64,000 bases of DNA from Podarcis liolepis (lineage: Eukaryota), in the NCBI GenBank assembly GCA_965112155.1, contig OZ218105.1. One strand, written 5' to 3'. Below the pieces are notes generated by a model, which had not been told where the DNA came from, ran no database searches, and saw only the letters and a program-made list of their open reading frames with translations. Below are positions 51,045-64,000 of this stretch, in pieces. The stretch's first letter is position 1. Every line of letters begins with the position of its first letter. The position numbers and the translations under genes were made by a program.

Positions 51045-51610
51045 GATCTGGTTTATATGTAACACTAAACTATGGTTTAGCGCTACATGGGTGAGCCTCA
51101 AGCTCATGCATTCCCCTTCTTCTCTGGCATAGTCACAATAGGACATTGCAAGTTTTTGAATCTGTTTTCTATTAACTGTCGCTGAGCCTGGAACTATGGT
51201 TAAGCTCAACTATGGTTTAGGGAAAACAAGTCAGCTGGTTTGTTTCTTTAAGTCAGGGATGGGAATCTCCCAAGGCAAAATCCACAGATTTTATCATGCC
51301 TTCTGGGTCTCTGCCTGGCTATCAGCAGTGCAGCCAGGAGAGGAAACGCTCTGGTGTTGTGTACTGTAACCAATTCGCTATTTTTTCATTTGCAACAAGG
51401 TGAATGCAAGATGAGGGGGAAATGTCTCAGCAGCCTTGCTGACCCTGCCTTAAACCATAGCTAACTACAGCTTGCTTGGGTATAAACATAACCAGAAATT
51501 TCTGAATTTCTGTTCATTGCTGCACCAGTGGAGGAAGGGGGGATTGTGAGCTTGAGCTTCATCCTCATAATGCTAAACCACAGCTTCATGTTACATTGAA
51601 ATGAGGCCAT
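51045..51610. mobile_element. Decayed palindromic DNA element with a probable hAT-like insertion at ~51255-51450
   Basis: Inverted arms ctaaactatggtttagc...ctcaagctca...ccccttc versus gaagggggg...tgagcttgag...gctaaaccacag; inner segment caggga...ccctg. Confidence 0.5.
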
Positions 51611-53229
51611 TATCTCCAACATGTTCACCAGTCTCTTAATAGGGTGTAGTTTGTTTCCATGGATTTTGTTACCTATGTTCGTAGGGTATAGAGCTGGACC
51701 AAATTTATGCAGTGTTTTTCACAAATAGTGTTGATTACTTTCTGCATAATCAATGTGTCAGCCACATGCATAAACATGACAAGCTCTGGGCTGTGTTATA
51801 TGTGTGTCTTAGAGGCTATGCAATACACAATTGCTCTGCACTTACTGAAAGTTTAATTTTTTAAGAGGTTACGTATCTTTTAAGGGTACAGATAGACTGG
51901 ATATAAACAATGAACACTCCCAAATACGTAACTGTCAAAGTCGTAAATCTATCATCAGTTAATGCTCAATTGTGCAAAAAAAACCACAAAAAACCAACCA
52001 CAACCCTTTATCATCCAATACTACTAAGCGATATTTGTTTGATATTACAAATTCGAGTGTCACAGAGCACCACTTTATCTTACTGTGCAAACTACATCAC
52101 AAGCCATAGTATGAGTATTGTGGAGCATGAAAGGCTTGAGCTAGGCATGTCTGAAAAACTGTTGCTTTATATTCTAATTTCTCACGAAATTGTGCAATAC
52201 TGATTACAGATATCACAGACCCGAATTAATTGGTGGAATGTGTCTTTACGGATAATATTTAGCCATTTTTGAATCTTCAGTTTTGGTTTCCATCTCAAGC
52301 TTTAATTTATAATTGATATTTTGGCCAGGCATTCTCCTTTTCTTGGGCCCTGTAGCACCACTAGCTGTTTCTCTGATCACTGGTATGACCATTCTCAATG
52401 GTATTAACTCCGGGATGACTATCATATGCAGGGTAGTTTTCTACTAGCTGTTGAACTCATACCAAACCTAAAGAAGCAACGGAAAACTGCCGAGAACACC
52501 ACCTTATCCTTTAAGGAAGATAAAAATTGCCTTCAGCATTTCAAATAACACATTTTCCATTATGTTTTTTAAAACCTGGGAAAAATATTGTATAGGCTTA
52601 GAATCCTTCAGCCATGGTCAAATTTCTTTACTTTCATATTTTTCAACCCCACATAAAGCAGTTATTATGAAAATAATTTCTAAAGCTTTATTCTTTATTG
52701 TTTTTTCTATGTAACTAAAAGAAGAACAAGAAACTAGGCAGGAGAGAACATCCCACCCCCGGAAAAAGAATGTTGAAATACAGCTTATTAACACACTTTC
52801 TTTTCTATGTGATCGCATCAGCATAGCATTATAATTAGACTGGTAATATTCAGTTGACATTGAAACACTGTGGTGTTTACAACTTACAGTTCTGATGCTA
52901 GTCCAGCTTCAGCAAAAGAGATTGTTGTTCTGAGGGATGAGGCAAATTATTTGAAGCAGCATCTACCAAGGTCCTAGGAAATTCCTATTTAATTAAAATT
53001 GCAGGGGATCAAGTGTTCCAAAGCGAATGCCTATTTGTTCCTATTTTATCTATGGCTGGTACAAAAAAGGGATATGCTTTGTTGCTGCCTCATCCACTCT
53101 CTCCTGTCTCTCAGACCATTATTCATTATTGTGAGATCACCTGAATGAGAACCTAAAATAGCCCTTGAAGGTGTGAGAGATACAACTCTTAACTTTCCTG
53201 ATTATCCTAGGTTTAGGGGAGGAAAGAAC

Positions 53230-53560
53230 CTGACAAATAATCCCACTGTCATTGTGTGGTCATTACAGTGTCGCACGAGTCTGGACAAGTTATTAGGTCA
53301 GACGCTAACTTCCTAAGTAGAAAAATGATGTGGTCGTCTTTGTCCTTTCTGCAGTAATGGCTGGAGTCAGTACTAATTAAGGGCCTGCGGCAGTGTGGTG
53401 CGAGAGAGGTCAGAGACTTCTTTCTGACACCTAAACAGTGCTCAGCTCAAACGAAGTGCCCCTAATCTGAAATGATGTGGTGTAGAGCTGGCCTTTCAGC
53501 TCCACTGTATATTTAAAGGAAAATGACAGTTAATGACAGGGGTGTCAAAAAGAGCAGATG
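53230..53560. promoter_or_regulatory. Putative enhancer with RUNX and MEIS/TALE motif cluster
   Basis: tgtggt x4 (53255, 53329, 53394, 53476); tgacag/ctgtca x3 (53246, 53524, 53534); ctaattaa at 53373. Confidence 0.4.
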
Positions 53561-56500
53561 GAGAGGCTGAGGAAAACATAGCTTTATGGTAAATTTTTTT
53601 TTTTGAAAAAATCTACCTACAATTAGTTGCTGCATTTAAAAACAGAGCTTACTAAATATACACAAGTAGACTTGCAATTCCCTGGCACGTTTGTACTTCA
53701 GGGATTATGCAGCTAAGGAATTTGTATTATCTACACTGCTGAAATAATTGCTTTTGACCAAGAAAGATTGTCTACTGCCATTATTTATCATGTAGTAATG
53801 AAGTGAAATAAAATCTGGTTTCCTACCACATGAACCCATGCAAACAAACTATACATTACCTTCAACTCTCTGCTGCTAAACTAGAAACTGGGAAATTCAG
53901 TTGCATTTCCTTAACTTTTTAAAAAAATCTCATTGACTGTAATCCGTATCAGTAATTCTTCTTGTAACCATTGCCCACTTTATATATATATAGAACTTGG
54001 GGGAACAAAAGCAGTATCTAAAACAGAAACTACCAAGATTTATTGTCAGTTAGTCATAATACAAACCAGAATAGTTTACTCATTACTCCAAATCTATGCA
54101 GTACGTTGGCACAAATCCTTTCCATTCACCCTTTATATCCATCCCTAGTGATGCACTTGCAAGTCTTTGACTGACATTGTATTAATCTCAGGAATCATTT
54201 CAGGCATAGTGAGACAACACAAACATTTAAGATGATGTGGCTGGATCTACCTCTGCCTGCCCCGTTTCAGGTGTGAGTGCACACATGTGCATACATGTTT
54301 TGTTTGCTTCAGACTGAAACTTGATCCTTATTTTCTCTGTTTTATATTTTTCTTTAGACACACTGAAAATAAAATTGATTTTTTTTTAGGTGTTATAGTT
54401 TATAACCGTTGTTCACATTACACACAGGAACAGGAATATCTATAAAAAGAAAATATTACTTTTTAATTAAGTTTCACAACTTAAAAAACTTTAAAAACCC
54501 CAAACAATTCAGTAAATTCAATGTGTTCCTCACTGAACAAAAATCCCTAACTTCACATATATGCCAATTGTCCAAATTTACTTTCTGGGTCAGGATATAT
54601 GAAGAGTATGTGTGCAAATCTGTTCACCTCAGTTTTAAAGAAGTTTACCACAGTGCTAGAAAATGTGAAAAAGAGGCAATGGAAGAAGATGTGATGACCA
54701 CCAGCTCAAATAGCTTTAAAATAGAGGCATCTCAAGCATGGGTATGGGGAGAGGCAAAGTAAATAATTCAAATAAATAAAAAAGCAAACATACAAAACTA
54801 GCATCAGAGAACAGATCTACTTTATTTCATATTTAATAAAATTATTATTATTTCATAAAATGTATATACTACTTGATTTTAGTAAAAACCTCAAAGATCT
54901 ATTTCTGGTAGATTTGGCGACTTAGCAGTGACAAGGCCTTTGAAAAACCAGGTCCTCTGCCCTCTGCTGGTTCTGAATAGGTAGGTGTGTTGTCCATCTG
55001 AAAGTGGACCTGGCATCCAGATTTCCATTACTCATCACTGAAACCCTCGGTTCTTTTCTGGCTAACATCACCTCCTTCAGCCCTTAATTAATTAGGCTGC
55101 TGTAACTTCACATTCTATTCCTCACTGCATTTCATTTTTTTTAAATGCAAAAAGCAAAATGCTAGATTAACAATGCTGAACTACACTGCAGATATGGCAT
55201 ATACTACCTTCTCCCCAAAATTTCAGCAAAATTGGTATTAACAGCCCTAGGTTAGTTTGCAGGGCTGGCACAACCCCAATTCTCTCAGCCTCAATCTTGT
55301 CTCCTGCAATAAAGGTATAATAATAGTGGAATACATCAGTATTAACAGAGCTTTTTTTTTAATGTTGAGACATTCAGAAGAAAATAACCTTTTGTATGAA
55401 GTAGGACCTAAACTAGAAAGATCACAAGCTCCTTTCTTTGCTGCTACCTTTTGTTTTTGATTTAACATGCAACTCCCCAATCACAGCTACAGTAAAATCC
55501 TGGAGACCTGAATTGTTTTCTGTGGGGCAGCAATCATTTCTCCACCAAGGAAGACCAACAGAAAAGCCTTTGAAAAAAATCACCTGCTGAAGAACTTTAG
55601 TATTTACATATTTTTTTAAAACGGCAGAAGAAGGGAAAAGAGAAAGTTACTAAAATCTAGATAGGTCTAAAGGGACATGTAATCTGCTCACTTCTTTCCT
55701 CACTCATAAGACCAAACTTTTTGATGTTTGTTCTGTTTGTTTGGACTAAGTGGCCATTAAACCTAGAAATCAAACTGGACCAAAGACAACAGGCCATGCT
55801 AGCCATGTATTTAAAGCAGGTACCTGGTAGCCATAGGCAACAAGATATTGCACACAAGCAAGTAAGCAGGCTGGCAGAAAAGGATGGGGTGGAGTGTTCT
55901 GGTTGTCCTCTGCTCCCAGCAAAGATGCCAAATGGGTTGCAGGGGAGAGAAATCTCCCCTTCTCCACATCCTGCACAGAAGTGGAATGGGCTACTGGAGG
56001 ATGGCTGGACCTTCCTATCCCTTCTCTGCAGGTTCCCAATAGGGTAGTAAAATGTTTTGCAGGCTATTTGGTAACTTTTATAGGCTTATTTACAAGGCTG
56101 GGCAGACTATTAATTCCATATCCCCAAACAAGCTCTTTATAGGCCAAGCACTGAAAAAGTGTTCCAGGAGGATAGAAATGGACACCCAAAGAAATGGTAA
56201 TGAACAAATCAAAGATATGTGTCATTAAATTTCTGAGTATAGGGGAAAGGCATCTTCTTCCCATTACTGATTTGATACAACAATTGTCTTCACATTCAAG
56301 TATGGAAGTTTTGGGCTTCTTGTCTGAAAGGTCTAAACACCCTCAATTCAGCCTCCTGGGTTCCTGGGTGCAAAACATGCACTGCTGTGGGTAATGGAAT
56401 CTGCAGCTTAGTACCTGACCTTACCAATGGAATACTTACCAGCAGATGGGCTACTGCTGTCTGGATACTCTTTGCCCCTCTTATTGGTCTTTTATTCTTG

Positions 56501-57109
56501 AACTAAATATGCCATTAACTAAATACTGTGCAGTCTGGATTGTATGGGCATTTCCTCAGTTACATTCCAGCTATTCTGACCTAATGATGTGCACAAAGTC
56601 CTTGAAAAGTTATGGCCAACTGCTTGCAAATCAACTTTTGCAAATACGCTAGTATACAGGATTTAACCAGTGAGGACCTGATGTTTAACCCCCTGTGCCA
56701 ATGAGCAGCTTGCAAGCAGGAGCATCTGCAGGCCTGAACTCTGTGATACTACAGTTCCACTAATAAAGCATTCCACTCATAAGTAATCATATCACCTGAG
56801 CATCTAACAGGGTCCCATCTAGCCATGCTTGCTAATTATGACTTGATGCTACTGCTTGGTCAACTCATTTATTAACGTATTCTTAGCAGCTCACAAAATT
56901 CTGAGTCCTGTGTTACTTGCCCGCCTCCAGTCCTGATATTGCTCTTTTGTGGGGGGGGGGGTTTAAATTAAGCCATAGATTTCTCCGTAAAATAAAAATA
57001 ACAGAACTGAATTGATAAAGAAACTTAAAATAATTGACTGACTTTCAATGTGTGTGTTGTATACCCATTTCAACGGCTTTAAGTTGTGATCTATAAATTT
57101 GCAACAACA

Positions 57110-57470
57110 GCAGCATCTGTCAATTTGGTTTCTCTCAGTTTCTCATTTTTTCCGATCTTAAATTCAGATTGCCATATTGCCACATCAGTTTGTGATTTTT
57201 CTTTCAAAGTCCTAAAAGAATCACCATCTGTTTTTCTCCTAATGTGAACGTTTTGTATGAAATGTTGCCTAATATTCAAATTTTTTGAAAGCAAGTTTCC
57301 TCAATACAATGCATTTTTGTATGTCATGTTTACATTTTTATGCACTGTTTACCCTACTATAAAATTTTGTACATGTTGTTTTGGTTAAAGAACTGCACTG
57401 CAAAATTCAGAGAAATGTGAAATGGAGCATATCATTTGGGATTGTTCGAATTAGGTAGGTTCCCATCCCT
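57110..57470. mobile_element. Squamate interspersed repeat, family uncertain
   Basis: Recalled repeat signature gtttctctcagtttctcattttt...aactgcactgcaaaattcagagaaatgtgaa...catccct. Confidence 0.45.
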
Positions 57471-57489
57471 ACATTGAGGGCATTGTTGT

Positions 57490-57527
57490 ATGAATGAATG
57501 AATGAATGAATGAATGAATAAATAAAT
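57490..57527. repeat. (GAAT)n/(AAAT)n microsatellite
   Basis: Direct reading. Confidence 0.9.
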
Positions 57528-60274
57528 ATTAAAATTCATGCGTTTTCTGATTCATGCATTACTACTTATGTCTTGTTCTAGATCAGGAGACATGAGGACC
57601 TTTTCCCCTTTCGGTGGCCTCTGACGATCTAGTCTTCTTGTTCATTAAAATTTTAAGCAGTCAAAGACAAGAGAACAAAGGGTTCCTTTAGTAGTCAGTG
57701 TGAATTTCCACTTAGTGAACTAGTCACCTTGCTTGATTTTTCCCCCCTATGAGATTTTTGCATTATTAATTTGGTAGCAAAGAATGTTAACAGGTTCATA
57801 TTAATGTCATTAAAACATTTTCCATGCAGATTGAAATTAATTATGAAGCACTATAAAAGGTAATCCAGATATTATGACTTTCGTTGCCAAATGAATAGAA
57901 ATAAATTCAAATATAACCAAAACCTTTCTCTCTATATAATATACACCATAGTGGTTTAGAAGAAGCATTTGCAATGTGTAAATAATATATGTGTGTAAAT
58001 TGGTCTACTACATCCATATACACATGTATTTACATATTAACATGACAGGCTACAGAGACATTAAATGAGTTGATTTGTTCTCTTACACACTACAAGTATT
58101 TCTAATTACTTCAAGCGCAACAGACAACCCCAAAAAGTCACAGAAATGCATATTTTAGGCTGCAATCCTGTGCACTCTGTTCGATGAGTAAGCCCCACTG
58201 AACATAGTAGGGTGTGCTTCTGAATATATGGGCCCAGGATTGCACTGTAAATCAAATATTTCAATAAGACCTTTCTACATTTTTAATATAACATCGATAG
58301 GCATGCTATTATGCAGGATCACTAATGAGTAAAGGTTTTGAAAACCTAGCTAATTTTATACACCACAGGGGTGGGAACATGGTCCTCAGACTGAAATATG
58401 ATCCCCACCCTTGATCTACAAAAAAGAAACCCGCTTCCCCTAACAGTGAACCTCTGAGTTCCACTGGCTTGCTAAACTTTCTATCTCATTGTGATTAAGG
58501 CTACATTCCTATATATATATCTAAATATATTTATCTGGAACCACATCCCACTGAACTCGGAGCTTAGCTCTGAATAGACATAAACTTCGACAGTTAACTT
58601 CCTATAGAATGAGGTCCTTCACACAGTTTAACTCGTTCAAGAAATTCCACAATACTGTAAAATCCGTGTTCCTGATAACCTTTGCATCTGAATCAAGTAC
58701 TATGGGATGAGCAAGGAACTAATTCCAGTTACTGAGGAATCATATTTATCCGTAAATGTGCTAAAGAGATACATAAAATATTTGCAGTCAGAAGATGATG
58801 TAACCATGAGTGATTGCTGCACAAGGACATGTTGATGTGGCACTATACACAAGCTAGGCAGCCAATTTGAATATTTGAATACAGGCAACTCCTCGTTCAT
58901 GCAGGGGTTGCGTCCCAAGGCATTTAAGTGAAACCACTTATACTGGGGGAAAGCCTGCAAACACCCTCCAAACCTCCTTCCTCAAATTCCAACTCTCCAG
59001 AGGCCTCAAAGGGCTCCTGAGATGGCACTTGCAAAGACTTGTGGGATTGCTAGACATTGTTTTCACACTCTTTCCAAAGTTTCCGAAGTACATATGCGGT
59101 GGGAAACTACACTAAACTGCTATGCTGCAATGGTTTATCCAACTGGGGTTTTGTTTTTGTTTTTTTGCCTTTGCTAATTTCTTTTATTGGGCCTGAGATT
59201 AAAATTTAATCTAAAGCCTACAAGTTTTTAAGAAATCTAAACTATGCCACAAGAACCAACTTCACTAATGTTCCACTAATATTGTTATATAAATGGGGGG
59301 GGGGGAATACAGAAATAATTTAGAACTAAACACAATATCGAATGAAGGATATCAGAATTCCCTGGTTGTTGGTGCTGATGGTAAAAAACAACAACAACAA
59401 AAACCATGCCTCTATGGCCAAACAGAGGAACAGTTTTGTAAGAGATCCTGAGGTTCCTCACTGAACATACTGCCCCTTTCGATATAAACTTCATATTGTG
59501 CTGGGTTGAGGAGAGAGGAGGGAACATCAGCCTAAGTATGAATATATACAGTAACTATGTAAGAACAGAAATTGAGGTCAATCACATTCCTATTTATTTT
59601 AGCTGCTACCTCACATTATCAGGACATTCTACATTGGAATAATTTTACACCAAGTCCTTGAGCCTTGGAAGCAAATTTGTGATGTATAAAAATCAAAACA
59701 TGAAGGACAAGTGGTGATTGGGTGGCACCGAATTCAGGAATGAATATGGCTGCCTACTTCCCTACTATCATATGTTGATCTGTATTTCCTTGTTTCATAC
59801 ACTACTATACAGATACTCCCAGGAGCCCCTTGTGTTAGGGGGTAATCTTTGACGAGTATCATTATATATGAAAACAGCACTTATGTTTTTGGTCTACTTA
59901 AAGTATTTTTATTTAAAATAAAAATAATAATAACCACAGTGAAAGTGATGTACATAATCATTGTCATTTGGTAAATTATACTTGCCAGTGGTCAAAGCCT
60001 GCCCTTTTGAAACATAAGGTAGCAATTTTACCCTTACACTACTTTAAAAAGGATTAAGAGGAACTACTGTAAGGATATAAAAATAGTATGGAATATAAAG
60101 TTCTGTATTTAAGAATTTTGTCTGTATTCCCAATTATTTCAGTCTTGTAATTTATTTAGTGATGACAGGATTGGGTTCTAATACTGAGCTTTGGACATTG
60201 TAACAGCACAATAATGTTGCACTGTGGTGAAACACTTCAGTAAAGCGGGTAGAAAGGTTAATCACTATTTTAGT

Positions 60275-60347
60275 GTTGTTAGCCGCCCTGAGCCCGGCTT
60301 CGGCTGGGGAGGGCGGGATATAAATAAAATTTATTATTATTATTATT
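60275..60347 (+). mobile_element. Severely 5'-truncated L2-type 3' tail with (TTA)n
   Basis: tgttagccgccctgagcccggcttcggctggggagggcgggatataaataaaat(tta)n. Confidence 0.75.
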
Positions 60348-60439
60348 AATCAGAATTACGCTTTGCTTAACTGTAAAGGCTCATGGTTGCAATCCTGAAC
60401 ACACTTACTAGGAAGTAATCCCACTGGACACAGTAAGAC

Positions 60440-60563
60440 CAGTGGCGTAGCGTGGGTTGTCAGCACCCGGGGCAAGGCAAGTAATTTGCGCCCCCTAACC
60501 CTAACCCCCAGATGTTGCGCCCGGTGCGGCCGGCCCCCCTGCACCCCCCACGCTACACCACTG
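60440..60563. mobile_element. Young 124-bp hAT MITE
   Basis: 17-bp TIRs cagtggcgtagcgtggg / cccacgctacaccactg (one mismatch); 8-bp TSD agtaagac at 60432-60439 and 60564-60571. Confidence 0.93.
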
Positions 60564-61920
60564 AGTAAGACTTGTTTCTGAGTAAACATGCAATGAGATG
60601 CACAATGTCATATCATATTTCTCATTTCAGCTTTTATAATTACATTGAAGTCTGCTGTTAAATGTTAATGTTTACAGTAAATTCAGTAATGCATCTTATG
60701 GGGCGGATCCTTTAAATGAAAGACAAATATATTGTACATTCTAAGTTGGTATGAGAAGTCAAAATATTGTTTACTCAGGCTGCACAGAGAAATATGTAAT
60801 TTTGAATTCCCTTTTTAGGGGGAAAACCCTGCAATCTCATCAGAAATGTCTTTTACATTAAAAAGCAATATTCAGGTTTCTAGTTTTTGCCAACATACAC
60901 AAAGATGAGACATTGTATAATTCCCCTCCTTTGCTGTGCCAACTTGTATGCCCGCCTGCACTGTTTCCACAATCTTCAGTTATTTTTAAATGAAAATACA
61001 AAGGGGGGTGGGGTGGAGCGGAAAAATAGGTTTCTAATAAAAGGAACTATCTAGACTAGAGGAACCTATTGAGCAAGACTGATGGCAAAGAATTTGCATC
61101 ATATAATCTGTGTTTGGCAAAACAGAAAAACATTTTCTGTGTTTGGCAAAACAGAAAAACAAAAAACCCAGCAAATTATGTCAATATAAAAACAGTGTTA
61201 TAGAAATACCCAGCAGCTCCATCTCATGTATGTTTATTTGGAAGTAAATCCTACTATGTTCAGTGGGATTTACTCTCATGTAAGCATGCATAAAACTAAA
61301 TGTATCTAGCCAAAATTTTAACAGCTAAATATTCTTATTAAAAATGCCACTGCTTGGGAAACAGGTAATTTTGTTTCTGAAATACATTTCTTAGTTAAAA
61401 ATAAAATCCTTTGGGGTTAATTCTACGGAGAAATCTACTGTATTCCTGCTGCACATATCTGACTGTCCTGCAAATAATTACAGAGTGCAGACTTGACTGT
61501 CATTCATGTGTATCTATTCTATTGTGTGAAGAGAAAAATAAAATGGTTGCCCATACATTAGCACATCACCCATGGCTAGTGCAATGACAAGATAGATTAG
61601 GATGTATATTAAATCTCACACATGACTGCTTTTCTGTATCAAGGTAAAAAATACTTGCTCTTACATACATTAGGGGCTAGCGTTGGACTGATATCTACAT
61701 TAATATTGACAGCATGTCAACATTTTTTACATATACTAAGTCAATAACTAGCCTAAATCTGGTAAAAGGTAGATAACAAAATTTTTGTCGTGTGTGTGTG
61801 TGTATGCGGGTGTGTATAGGGTACGGAGATCTAGAATATAAACATATTTCCCCTATTAGAAAAAAGAACCATAAATAAGACATTTCTTTTAAATTAATCC
61901 TACAGGAAATGTTTCAATAT

Positions 61921-61988
61921 TTTATTTATTTTATTTATATACCGTATATACCACTCTGTACCCGGAGGTCTCAGGGCGGTTCACAGAA
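61921..61988 (-). mobile_element. L2-type 3' tail fragment
   Basis: (ttta)n...atatacc...ggtctcagggcggttcaca. Confidence 0.65.
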
Positions 61989-62794
61989 TATATATGCTAT
62001 GGCTTCATAATGGAGCCTCATTTGACAATAAGAGCTCTAGCAGAGAAGGAATGGGAAAGAAAATGCAGACACTGAATATTATATACTGGTATATTGTATT
62101 ACAAAAGGAATGGAGTAGTATTATTTTGCCTATACAAAATTGCTATTACAGTTCCACTTTCAATACAGCGCCTTAAAATGAAGCAAACCCCTCCAAAAAT
62201 TAATACTCATTAACCTCCTCACCTTAATAACTTATTAAAAATATTGGGTTGAATTCAGCCTAACAGTGCAACCCTATGCATTTCTACACAGAAGTAAGTC
62301 CCATGGAGTTAAACAGGGCTTACACCCAAGTAAGTGCATATTAGTTCAGCTTAGCTCCTATTAAAATAAATGGGACAAGTCAGTAAAGACTTAAGTCCCA
62401 CTGATTGCAGTGCACTTTTTAGATGGAAAAAGGTTGAATTCAACGTAGGTTAGCAGGTTCATGATGGACCAGGATGGTTAACGGGAATACTGTGTACTGT
62501 CTGGCTATTGCACTTCAGTAATGGACAGTGTGGAGAGGCAGCAACACTCCCCTGGCCTCCCGACACCTGAGCTGCTGCTGCTGCTGCTTACAAGAAAAGA
62601 GGGGAGAGGAGTGGCAAGACATTGAAATCAGTGTGGTGCAAACACACTGGCAGTAAAGCTGGATTAGCTCCACCTGTGCATTTTCACCATGCCAGCCTCA
62701 CCACGGCCTTCCCCTTCCTTCCTAGTAAGCAGAAGTGACTCAGCTGTTGGAGGTCAGCTAAGCACCACAGCTCAACCATGTGGTACACTACTCC

Positions 62795-63324
62795 TGCACC
62801 TAAAAAAGATATTGTAGAGCTGGAAATGGTTCAGAGAAGGGCAAACAAAGTTATCAAGGGATAGATGAATAAGTAAAACAAGATAGAGGTGTATACTGTT
62901 AAGCATGGTGTAGAGAAGGTGGCTAAAGAATAGTTCTTTTTCCTCTCTCATCATTCTCAAACCTGAGGTCATGCAAAGAAGCTGAATGTTGGAAAATTCA
63001 GGACAGGTATTTCTTCACACAGTGCATAAACCATGGAATTTGTTTCATAGATGTAGTGATGGCCACCTATTGGGCTGGCTTTAGCACAAGATCAGACAGA
63101 CCATGGAGGAGAAACCTATGAATTGTTCCAAGTCATGATGGCTCTGTACTATGTCCATTGTTGGTGGTCTGCATCTGAACGCCAGATCCTGGGGAGCACA
63201 AGTGGGGAGTGCTCTTCTGCTCATGTCCTGCTTGCAGACTTCCCAAAGACATCTGGTTGGCCACTGTGAGAACAGGATGCTGGACCAGACGGGCTTTTGG
63301 CCTGATCCAGCAGGGCTCTTATGT
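62795..63324 (+). mobile_element. CR1 LINE 3' end
   Basis: 62802 onward translates KKDIVELEMVQRRANKVIKG (CR1 ORF2 C-terminal motif); 3'UTR ends cctgatccagcagggctcttatgt. Confidence 0.9.
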
Positions 63325-63477
63325 GTAATAGTGAAACCAGGAAGTCTCTATCTATAGTTTCCCGTTTCGTCTGATCTAGGAAACTATACCTACTCTGGAA
63401 CAAGCCAGAATCATAAACCATGGTTTGAAATTAATTTAATAACTTGGCTTGTCACAAAGCTGGTGGCAACAGTTTCT

Positions 63478-64000
63478 TAAGAACACAAGCCTGCTGGATA
63501 AGGTCAATAAACTATCTAATCCAGCCTCCTTTTTCCACAGTGGCTGACCAAATGTTTGTGGGAAGCCTGAAAGCTGGACATGAGCACAACAGGACCTGCA
63601 ATCCTGGCAGCTAGCATTCAGAGGCATAATGCCACTGACCATGGAGGGAGAGCAGAGCCATCATGGCTAGTAGCCACTGATAGCCTTGTCCTCTATGAAA
63701 TTGTCCAATCCTCTTTTAAAGCTACCCAAGTTGCTGGTCATCGCAGCCTCCTGTGGGACCAAGTTCCAAAGTTAACTATGTGATGCATGATGAAGTGCTT
63801 TCTTTTATCTCTCCCCAATCGTCCAATGTTCAACTTCATCCATGAGTTTGAGTGTTATGAGGGAGAAAGAAAATATTTTCTCTATCCACTGTCTCCATAC
63901 CATGCATGCATAACTTCTATCGTGTCATCTCTTTTCACTAAACTAAAAAGTCCCAAATACTGCAATCTTTCCTCACAGTGGAGTTCCTTATCCCCTTGAT
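63478..64000 (-). mobile_element. CR1 LINE 3' end, continues beyond window
   Basis: Reverse complement of the same 3'UTR (gcctgctggat...cacagtggctgaccaaatg...ccatcatggctagtagccactgatagcc...tccaatcctcttttaaagc). Confidence 0.9.

Larger units (their letters stand above)
1..64000 (-). other. ZFHX4: ZFHX4 gene body (introns 1284-2047, 2182-13992 and >14116); gene extends beyond both window ends
   Basis: Three colinear in-frame exons; neither the downstream VPVPD... exon nor the upstream zinc-finger exon is visible in the window. Confidence 0.88.

Noticed and set aside
60493-60508. Telomere-like CCCTAA repeats
   Set aside because: Only two units, inside a MITE; not an interstitial telomeric array.
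1-64000. CRISPR, defence, operon-like or other novel multi-gene system
   Set aside because: The sequence is eukaryotic intron DNA with no repeat-spacer arrays and no long uninterrupted ORFs.

Overview
Vertebrate genomic DNA, most likely a lacertid lizard (inferred from Sauria SINEs resembling the Podarcis type plus squamate CR1, L2, BovB and MITE families). The whole window lies inside the zinc-finger homeobox gene ZFHX4 on the minus strand. Three coding exons with canonical splice sites are present (14115-13993, 2181-2048, 1283-1083), matching what I recall as human exons 6-8. The rest is intron: many transposable elements, several with intact TSDs or TIRs and nested insertions, microsatellites, ten N-runs, and repeat-poor blocks that look like developmental enhancers. 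I see no prokaryotic-type system, CRISPR array or novel protein-coding gene; nearly all other ORFs in the track are spurious or TE-derived. The most unusual items are: a BovB-derived insertion with an inverted 5' segment (twin-priming-like) and a nested hAT MITE; N-runs that fall in unique enhancer-like sequence rather than in repeats; no detectable copy of the expected small upstream ZFHX4 exon; NAGNAG acceptors on two consecutive exons; and RUNX/MEIS and HOX motif clusters. TE family names and human comparisons are from recalled consensus sequences, not database searches.
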